A stretch of 64,000 bases of DNA. Origin: Macrostomum lignano. Its lineage: Eukaryota. Position 1 is the first letter of the stretch, and every line of letters starts with the position of its first letter. The stretch covers positions 62,001 to 126,000 of the forward strand of contig NIVC01001914.1 in NCBI GenBank assembly GCA_002269645.1. Reading direction: 5' to 3'. A program made the position numbers and the translations under genes. Of this stretch, positions 53,748-64,000 are shown piece by piece. Below the pieces are notes generated by a model, which was given only the letters and a program-made list of their open reading frames with translations, was not told the DNA's origin and did not search any database.

Positions 53748-54885
53748 CTCTCCTCTCCTCTCCTCTCCTCTCCTCTCCTCTCCTCTCCTCTCCTCTCCTC
53801 TCCTCTCCTCTCCACTCCTCTCCTCTCCTCTCCTCTCCTCTCCTCTCCTCTCCTCTCCTCTCCTCTCCTCTCCTCTTCTCTCCTCTCCTCTCCTCTCCTC
53901 TCCTCTCCTCTCATCTCCTCTCCTCTCCTCTCCTCTCCTTTCCTCTCCTCTCATCTCATATCCTCTCCTCTCCTCTCATCTCCTCTCCTCTCATCTCCTC
54001 TCCTCTCCTCTCCTCTCCTCTCCTCTCCTCTCCTCTCCTCTCCTCTCCTCTCCTCTCATCTCCTCTCCTCTCCTCTCCTCTCCTCTCCTCTCCTCTCCTC
54101 TCCTCTCCTCTCCTCTCCTCTCCTCTCCTCTCATCTCATCTCATCTCCTCTCCTCTCCTCTCCTCTCCTCTCCTCTCCTCTCCTCTCCTCTCCTCTCCTC
54201 TCCTCTCCTCTCCTCTCCTCTCCTCTCCTCTCCTCTCCTCTCCACTCCTCTCCTCTCCTCTCCTCTCCTCTCCTCTCCTTTCCTCTCCTCTCATCTCCTC
54301 TCCTCTCTCTCCTCTCCACTCCTCTCCTCTCCTCTCCTCTCCTCTCCTCTCCTCTCCTTTCCTCTCCTCTCATCTCCTCTCCTCTCCTCTCATCTCCTCT
54401 CCTCTCATCTCCTCTCCTCTCCTCTCCTCTCCTCTCCTCTCCTCTCCTCTCCTCTCCTCTCTCTCCTCTCCTCTCCTCTCCTCTCATCTCCTCTCCTCTC
54501 CTCTCCTCTCCTCTCCTCTCCTCTCCTCTCCTCTCCTCTCCTCTCCTCTCCTCTCCTCTCCTCTCATCTCCTCTCCTCTCCTCTCCTCTCCTCTCCTCTC
54601 CTCTCCTCTCCACTCCTCTCCTCTCATCTCCTCTCCTCTCCTCTCATCTCCTCTCCTCTCCTCTCCTCTCCTCTCATCTCCTCTCCTCTCCTCTCCTCTC
54701 CTCTCCTCTCCTCTCCTCTCCTCTCCTCTCCTCTCCTCTCATCTCCTCTCCTCTCCTCTCCTCTCCTCTCCTCTCCTCTCCACTCCTCTCCTCTCATCTC
54801 CTCTCCTCTCCTCTCCTCTCCTCTCCTCTCCTCTCCTCTCCTCTCCTCTCCTCTCCTCTCCTCTCCACTCCTCTCCTCTCATCTC
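53748..54885. repeat. (CTCTC)n pentamer tract
   Basis: Reverse complement of the 40.9-kb and 48.0-kb tracts. Confidence 0.97.
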
Positions 54886-55121
54886 CCTTACCAGCTCCTT
54901 TTCCATCATGCATAAATCGATTATTGACTTAACCGTCCGCACGCACTTGCATAATCTCCCATACCAATAAAGGACTCACAGACCCTAACACTCTCAAGAC
55001 ATAAATAAATCACCATCACTCAAGTTAAATAATTGATCAGCCACTTCAATATCCAGTTTATAATAATTTCCACTGCTTTCATTTGCCAGAAACGCTAGAA
55101 TGCACTTAAATATTCTTTCAG

Positions 55122-55322
55122 TGTTGCAATTAAGTGAATCTGTCTCAAGATGGGTTGATTATATCCGAGTGCAATCATTTTTGATAATCAGTTTGGGCTC
55201 CGATGCAAGTCCGGATCTCACGGAGGCAAAGCATGTTTCTTTTTTTCTGGGAATTCACTCGCGAAAGCAGCTCCCGACAAACTCGTTCGATATAAGTTCC
55301 ATTTCTGTCTAATATTTCCTAG
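55122..55322 (+). other. Candidate non-coding 5'UTR exon of the right-hand + strand gene
   Basis: tattctttcag| acceptor and AG|GTAAGT donor at 55323. Confidence 0.3.
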
Positions 55323-55634
55323 GTAAGTTGCTTACCATCCATAGTCCGAGAGGAGAATGGAATAAATGACTGGGCCTTCTGACGCACCTAAATTCCCCCT
55401 GAGAGCGTCAGATGCTGGCTGATGATAAACCCCGATTGTGCAAAGCTCCTCACAGATCCTTTCCGATATTATGAACATCCTGTGGGTTCGGATTCCAGGT
55501 CACGACAGCAATTTCTGGTAGAATTTAGGTTTATGCATTTGCCAATATAGATTTTCCTTCGAATTCCTGCCAAATTCCATGACCTTTTATGCTTTTTACT
55601 TACTACTTATTTATTGTGTTTTTTTCTGCGACAT

Positions 55635-55940
<306 letters not shown>

Positions 55941-56658
55941 TGGAACATTTTTACCTGCCGATGCAGCACCTCGTGCACGAATATTATTAAATTTCGGTGG
56001 TTTCAAATCCCTACCCTTACAAAGACCACTGAAGCAGCCAGCCTCCTGCATTCTTGGAATCCTATAAAATATTAAGGAATTTTCACCACCCGCGTGTCAG
56101 GCAGGCGTGACAACTGACAATATAAATTGTGTTGGGCAAAAGCATTTTTATAATGTCATGTCAAAACCCTATGCGCTCGCATAAGGCAATGTAGAGGTGT
56201 GTGAGCCCAGCTTTAGATAAATTTTAATATGCTAAGCGTGGAGAAGGAAAGTGTCGAGTTGCGTAATAATCAAATTTTCGGGCGCGTAGAGCAGCGGGGT
56301 GCCGGCTGAGGTTGGGGACTAAAGGCAAATAGAATGTTCTCCCGGCGAACAATGGGCCATGAACTCGCTAGCTGCTTGAGGTGGAATGGAATTTCGCGAA
56401 ACGAATTTTGACAAATATTGCAAGCTGCTGTGCATGACGTCAAGTTTTACCTTACAGTTATGGATCTTAACAACCAAATCAATATATAATTGTAAGAAGG
56501 AATTATGAGTCGTCATGACAACTATATAAGCTTGAAACAGTTCAAATGTCTGCCTCCCAACATTTTCTTTCAGAACTGATTAATTCAAAGTCTGGCTTTG
56601 AAATCGAGGTTTCTCAACGAGAAATTCTTCACTCTTCTTGAAGCAGCAATTGAAGACA

Positions 56659-56725
56659 ATGTGGAGTGAAACGATTAAGGCTGCATCTCTGCTGCTGGCT
56701 GCAGTTACGGTCTTAGTCTTTCAAG
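56659..56725 (+). CDS. First coding exon (signal peptide MWSETIKAASLLLAAVTVLVFQ) of a secreted or membrane-protein gene continuing rightwards
   Basis: acaATG context, classic hydrophobic leader, CAAG|GTAAGT phase-1 donor; cattttctttcag| acceptor at 56573 upstream. Confidence 0.6.
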
Positions 56726-59700
56726 GTAAGTTTTTTGTTTTAATTTATAACTGATTTTCTTAGCCCAGTCTCTTTGTAAACTTGTTTAACCAATCAGATT
56801 TGATCTGGGGTTAGTTTGTACTCGTATGTACAGCTGAGTGTGATTCCCCACTGTACACTGATATCGCCACTAAATATGTACGTTTGACAAATCGTTGATG
56901 TACATTTTCATTGCCCCAGCGCCAGGACATTGCAGTAATAAAACAACTGACGACACGAGTACAAAGCGAATACTTAAAACAAAAAAGGCCGGAATTTATA
57001 ATTATATAGAATCGTGATTTGTCAGTCCTCCCCTGACAAAAAATCGATAAACAAAACGATGCAACGCAAGCAAAAGGAACTGTATATTTTGGATGGCACC
57101 CAATTATTTCTTCTCTGTCCAAATTGGAAAGACAACAGTCCAAGTTTAGATGTGCTCTCTGTACTTTTGGTGCTTTTTTCTGGCACGTCATTCAACTATA
57201 TAGAACGTGTGAAAGTTTTGACAGCTCTGCGCTGCTAACTTAAGCCCCTTTATATATAGACATTCAGGGAGATTTCCTAGAAAGTCGCAGTTCGTAGCTG
57301 TGTGTTCAAAGTTCGAACTTTCGTTAGAAATTGGCGCTACAACGTTAACGTAAATGTATAAATGTGTGTTTCTTTCATCTGACAGACCACACACGCACAC
57401 ACTACCACTGCATTAGGGGTAACTTTTCTCTTCTGCAAAGATAGGGAAGTTTTCATCAAATTTGGTTGTGCAGTCTTTCGCTGAATTTTTATTAACTAAA
57501 ATATCGTGGGATGAATTTGGCGAGAATCTTTTTTATTATCATTGTCTCGACTGGACGATCTGGCTAGGATTGAGGATTTATTATTCTTTTATTACTTTTC
57601 CGCTTTTTACCAAAACTCCATCTCTACCTCCATTATTATTGTTTTTCTTCTTGTGCTTCCGTTTTAACTTTCAGTTTCTGCTGTATAGATAGAGGGGTTG
57701 GGGTTTGTATAGAAAGAGTTTTCAAGCAATACTGCAGTAAGAGCCACCGACAACCAAGCTATATAGAAATAAAAAGTTAGGATTGAAATTGCGAAGTAGG
57801 AAAACGACGTCCACCTGTTGCAAATCGACCACCGATTGCCGCGTATTGTTTTTTCGGCATAACCGCCAACCTATCTATATAAATAATATATACAGTGGCT
57901 AGAACAATATAGTAGAAAACGGACTAGAGATTGGACTTTTAAACGATTGCTTCTTAAAAAGCGAAAATTGCTTGTTTTAGTGCAAAATTTTTACTTTGAA
58001 ATAAACGCTTTTTGAACAAAATTCGAATTCGTAAATCAGAGCTTCAACTATAAATAATTGCTAATCATCATTATCTAGTCTAGATTCTAGAATATTTAAT
58101 TCCCAGATCAAATGAATGAATGATGGACTACTGCTGTGCCGAAAAAAAAGTGTTGATAAATATCTTGTGGCCATGGCTGGCTTCTTTCCAGGCTCTTACA
58201 GAGCTATAATATATCAACAGGCAGTCGCCACTCCAACACCACTTATCCTATACCAGTACCAAATAAAAGCCGTCCATCTAAGCTTCAAAAATCTCAACCG
58301 CGTTCGCTTTGTTTTCCAAAGCGCCAGGATCCGATTAGATAATGGCGTTAGACTGATTAATGATCTGCTAATAGCTCCACCCTCTTCTTACTACTACTGC
58401 TATAGTTCCATCTGATTTCACCATTCCAGCACTCAGTCATTTCAAAGCCGGATTCTAACACAATCTGCCTGTCTGCGTGGCGCTTCGCGTTAGGCGTTCA
58501 TTCCATTGCTATTAATTATCCTTCCGCTTATCGGTGGACCCCTCCTGACTGGCCGTTCGCAGAGTTTCACACTTTATAACTGAACTGAACTGAACCGCCT
58601 CCCGCTCTCAGTCATTAACTTTACTCTCACTCTGCCTTCCTCACAAGTTTGGGGGGATCGGCGCTTGGAGCGTTTGGGGTGGTGGCCAATTTTATTCCCG
58701 GCCAGCGAACCGACCACCCACCACCCCACAAGACAAAACAACAACCCCCTCAGCCCCGCCTTCACCGCCCGATAATCGCTGTCATTAATTTTACAAGCTC
58801 CTATTAACTTCGGCACGGAGGGCCGAGCCAGGACAGATGGGGGCATGGCATGGGTTTAGTAAATTAGGCCGATTCGTTTTTTTGGCTTATAGTATACTCG
58901 TTATATTAGTTCTAGCTCCGTAGTATTTGAAATGATTGTTAGGGTATTGGATTTGTTTTGGTTCAGTTGGCTCGTTGTGCCAGACTCAGATTAGCGCCAA
59001 ACTTGTTGTGCTTTGTAGTAGCTTTTTGAAAGTCGTATTATTAAAAGCAGTAGTTTCAACTTTCTACAGTCATCTTCATCTCCTCTAAGACAAGACAGTT
59101 TCCATTTTAAGCATCTTTGTGGACATCCCCTTATCAGTATTCATTCCCCTCTAGCTACGTACAGTAAAATATAACTTATGCAGACTGTGGATAATAAGTA
59201 GTAATTATAGTATCCATAAAAAACTACGCCCCGAGACTCTGGAGTCGTTAAATGCGGAACTGAACAGAGCATATGGCGGGCAATAGAATTGGTCATCTGT
59301 GATGCTATAGCGCGCAAAAAAACGAAATAAATTAGTTGGACTCACGCTCTGATAATCTATATTTATCTATCGATATTCGAACAGTTTGAACTCGAATGTT
59401 GAAACGGACAGATGGTTTGTAGGATTCTTTATGACCGCTATATATGTCTGCTGGGTACCACCAACGGAGTTAAAGGGCCGATAGACTGAAATTATAGAGA
59501 CAAGACAAAGATAGGGTCGGGCGAGAGTGAGCAGCGAGTATGAGTCGAGTGGAGCAGCGTCGGACGAGCACGTGGGCTGAAGCTATTATTTATGCAAAAG
59601 CTTTATTGCCTCCGTGTCGCACTTGCACGGATAAAATTTATCTGATAATTTTCATCTTTCAACGCTTAAACCTATAAATTGAGGTTCTGACTAATAAACC

Positions 59701-60189
59701 TTACAAACAGTGTATAGTAAATTATAATAACAAACAACACAACTAATACTACGAATTTTCGAAAGTCATCTCTTAGACCCGCAAAGTTATCGAGCTGGAG
59801 AGCATTTAAAACTTGAGTTTAGCATCCTTTTCTATATAGGTTTTCAACCTAATTTTGTTAAAATATACAAGCTATGAGTTAGACCCATTCGGTTATTCGA
59901 GCGCAATGGTTAGGGACACGTTTCATAAATCTATAAAATTATCTCGTAAAGTCAAGGGCCATGCGTTATTTTTATAGTTGCTTGTGTATTAAGAATTGCG
60001 TTCTACGGCGTATTTTCCTGCTTTAATTCTGTAATAGCATTCTCAAGCTCACTTTAATTTTAAGCCAAAACTTTTTAACAATCCTTGACCTTGACTATAG
60101 ATGATACCATTGATGGCATGATACCCTTGACTAGATACTATCATTAACATAAATACCCTTGGCGAGATGATACCCTTGATGAGTAAGTA

Positions 60190-60975
60190 GAGGACACCCT
60201 CGACCACAGGACACCCTCGACCACAGGACATCCTCGATCACAGGACATCCTCGACCACAGGACATCCTCGATCACAGGACATCCTCGATCACCGGACATC
60301 CTCGATCACAGGACATCCTCGATCACAGGACATCCTCGATCACAGGACATCCTCGACCACAGGACATCCTCGATCACAGGACATCCTCGATCACCGGACA
60401 TCCTCGATCACAGGACATCCTCGATCACAGGACATCCTCGATCACCGGACATCCTCGATCACAGGACATCCTCGATCACAGGACATCCTCGATCACCGGA
60501 CATCCTCGATCACAGGACATCCTCGATCACAGGACATCCTCGACCACAGGACATCCTCGATCACAGGACATCCTCGATCACAGGACATCCTCGATCACCG
60601 GACATCCTCGATCACAGGACATCCTCGATCACAGGACATCCTCGATCACAGGACATCCTCGATCACAGGACATCCTCGATCACAGGACATCCTCGATCAC
60701 AGGACATCCTCGATCACAGGACATCCTCAATCACAGGACATCCTCAATCACAGGACATCCTCGATCACAGGACATCCTCGATCACAGGACATCCTCAATC
60801 ACAGGACATCCTCGATCACAGGACATCCTCGATCACAGGACATCCTCGATCACAGGACATCCTCGACCATCAGGACACCCTCGACCACAGGACACCCGAC
60901 CACAGGACATCCTCGACCACAGGACGTCCTCGATCACAGGACATCCTCGACCACAGGACAACCTCGACCACAGGA
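60190..60975. repeat. 17-bp minisatellite (~45 copies)
   Basis: Unit ATCACAGGACATCCTCG. Confidence 0.96.
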
Positions 60976-61874
60976 CTGAATTTTGAGTTTAGACTCTAGA
61001 ATCTCACTCATCATCTCAAATGAGCACATCAAATCCATGAGCATTCCTACGCCAGTCGAGCGTGTAATGACTCAGGATTAAGGCTTGGTAGGCTTAACTC
61101 ACACAACAAAGAAAGCGTTCGATATAGTTATTAAAATGGACCCATTTTTACCTTTATATGCCACCGAATTTGAGTTGGCATTGATGACGAAAGACAGTAA
61201 TTACTATTTATAATACCCTATAGCTCAGATCAGGCGAACCATGCAATGCTCAAACTGTCAAATCTAATTTATTGGCTTCGGGACAGAACGATCATACTCA
61301 TAGTTACAGCGGTTCGCCTCTGCACGAATTCCGGATTCAGAAATAATCAAATTATGAGTCTCCTTACCAAGGTTAGAGTAGGGTATAGAGGTTTCAAAAC
61401 GATTTTAACTCATTTTAGCTTCATGCATGCGAGGCAATTAGCGAGCTATAGCTGCTCGTATTATGTGCTTGGCTGGACTTGAGTAGACCAGGGGGTGAAT
61501 AAAATGGAACAAAGACAGTGCAACAATCAGTGGAGTGCCAGTGCCAGCTTAACCCCTCAAAGCGTGTTCTTCACTACTTAGCTGTCGAGCTCATCAAATT
61601 GTCGAAAATTTTCCACTGAAAAAAGTACTCTGACTATAGAACAATGAAATTAGGCTTAACAAAACGCAAATTTGTTGGGTTTTTCCTCAAATACACAGGG
61701 AAGTCAAGTCTGTGGAAGGTGAAACAATGATTTCAATAAGTGATTGACAGGTAAGGAGTTGAGCTTGAGAATGAGAGGAGAGTGGCGAAGCAGACAAGGA
61801 TCTGTAGTGACAATTAATATGGTGAATTATTGCAGATGAAATCCGCGATTTCGATTGTTAAAAAGACTATTTAA

Positions 61875-62130
61875 TATATCTATCTATCATCTATCTACAA
61901 TCTAACTGTCATCTACCTGTCATCTATCTACACCTAACTGCCATCTATCTATCATCTATCCACACCTAACTGCCATCTATCTATCATCTATCTACACCTA
62001 ATTGCCATCTACCTGTCATCTATCTATACCTAACTGCCATCTGTCTATCATCAATCTACCATCTAACTGCCATCTATCTGCCATCTATCTACCATCCATC
62101 TATCTACCATCTAACTGCCATCTATATATC
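61875..62130. repeat. Degenerate ATCT-based tract
   Basis: Repeats of CATCTATCTA and CTAACTGCC. Confidence 0.8.
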
Positions 62131-63269
62131 TACCAATTTTCTCGCATCTATCTGGAATCTATCTTCGTTTCTGGACACAATGTTGCACAAAGTTTTATTT
62201 TCCTCGGATAAAAAACATCACATATCTCAATAACACAAAAGACTTGTTTGACAAAACCACCAGTGCAATATAGAGGTTTCTGCATCCGAATGCATGTGAC
62301 AGATTAGTCTACCAACATCTGTATTTCTTTTATTACAAAAGTACGCAAGAGGAAGCTTATATTAATAATTACAATACCTTCGAAAAATGCAGCAAATTTT
62401 TCTCTGTGTTTCGTAAAAAATTCTGACAAAAATTTGTACTTTTTGGAGAGTGAAAACGCTTTATGAAATATCGGATTTCTGAATGATTTATTGTTTTGCA
62501 CAGCGCTGAATGAGGCTTGGCCATAGACAACTTCGTCTAGGGAACAATGGCTAAAGCAGCTCTCCTCTCTTTAATCTCCTCTCTTCTCTTTTCCTAGTTC
62601 AAGTTTCCACTCCTCAATATCCGAGTTTTAACTTTCCTCCCCTGTTTTCCGAGCCAAAATGGCACAGAAAAATCAAAGACAGAATTAGCAATTGTTTTGG
62701 CTTTCAATATCAGCTCGGCTCTCTCCTTGCCCATTTTAGGTCTTCTGGGATGATGAAGATGGAAGAAATTGACGCTAGCCTTGAATAATTAAAGCAATTT
62801 GAACAGCGTATAGTATAGAGCAAAGGGAGAGTGAAGAGGGGCCAAGAAAATTAGTCCGATATTGAAGGAAACAAGCGGCTTTCTCTTCCGCAGCTGCTGC
62901 TGCAGTTTGCGTTTGCTTCTGCTGACTTTTGGGAGGCGGCCGAGAAGGAGGGGCCACAAAGGGAAGTGAAAACTGCCAGCACGAAAGCCCAGTAAGACGT
63001 CGGGGCCTGTGTGTGTGTGACTCACGCCAGCCACTCTCTGGCCCTCCTTCTCTTCCCTCCTCTCTGCTGCAAGTGAGGCTGCTGCCTGTCTCCAATTTCA
63101 CCTTTGAAATCGCGCTTCTGCCGTCTCTCGCGGTGTCACTCGCTGGCTCTCGCACACGGGAAGACTCTGATCTGTGCTCTTGTTCAAAACAAACTGTTGG
63201 ACATTGAAGCCGGTGATGGATAGAAGCCAGAGGTCGCGACGCACGATTGACAGTACTGTATCTAGCTCG

Positions 63270-64000
<731 letters not shown>

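Overview
Animal (invertebrate) genomic DNA with spliceosomal GT-AG introns and a very high tandem-repeat load. A free-living flatworm such as Macrostomum is my guess from the repeat style and gene types; this is inference only. Left to right: (1) probable last two exons of an upstream + strand gene; (2) two tandem, ~98% identical minus-strand Cys-loop ligand-gated ion channel genes with intronless 399-aa CDSs and inferred 5'UTR exons, separated by a decayed IS630/Tc1-type transposase and a 921-bp foldback-like element with an 8-bp TSD; (3) a 120-aa orphan ORF; (4) a complete 13-exon + strand gene (14747-30476, 1633 aa by my splice reconstruction) for a thioester-less, LDLa-containing, membrane-anchored TEP of the Mcr/TEP6 type. 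Most of its introns carry their own tandem-repeat family, and two are built from splice-site sequence: intron 3 holds 31 tandem copies of the real 5' splice site, and intron 12 holds 18 acceptor/micro-exon/donor-like units apparently seeded from a SINE; (5) about 33 kb dominated by mini- and microsatellites with unique islands, a purine/pyrimidine strand switch near 49-50 kb, unresolved minus-strand exon candidates, and a signal-peptide exon of a further + strand gene at 56659. Nearly all long ORFs in the supplied track after 17 kb are repeat artefacts. All alignments and counts were done by eye; repeat boundaries are approximate and no database was searched.
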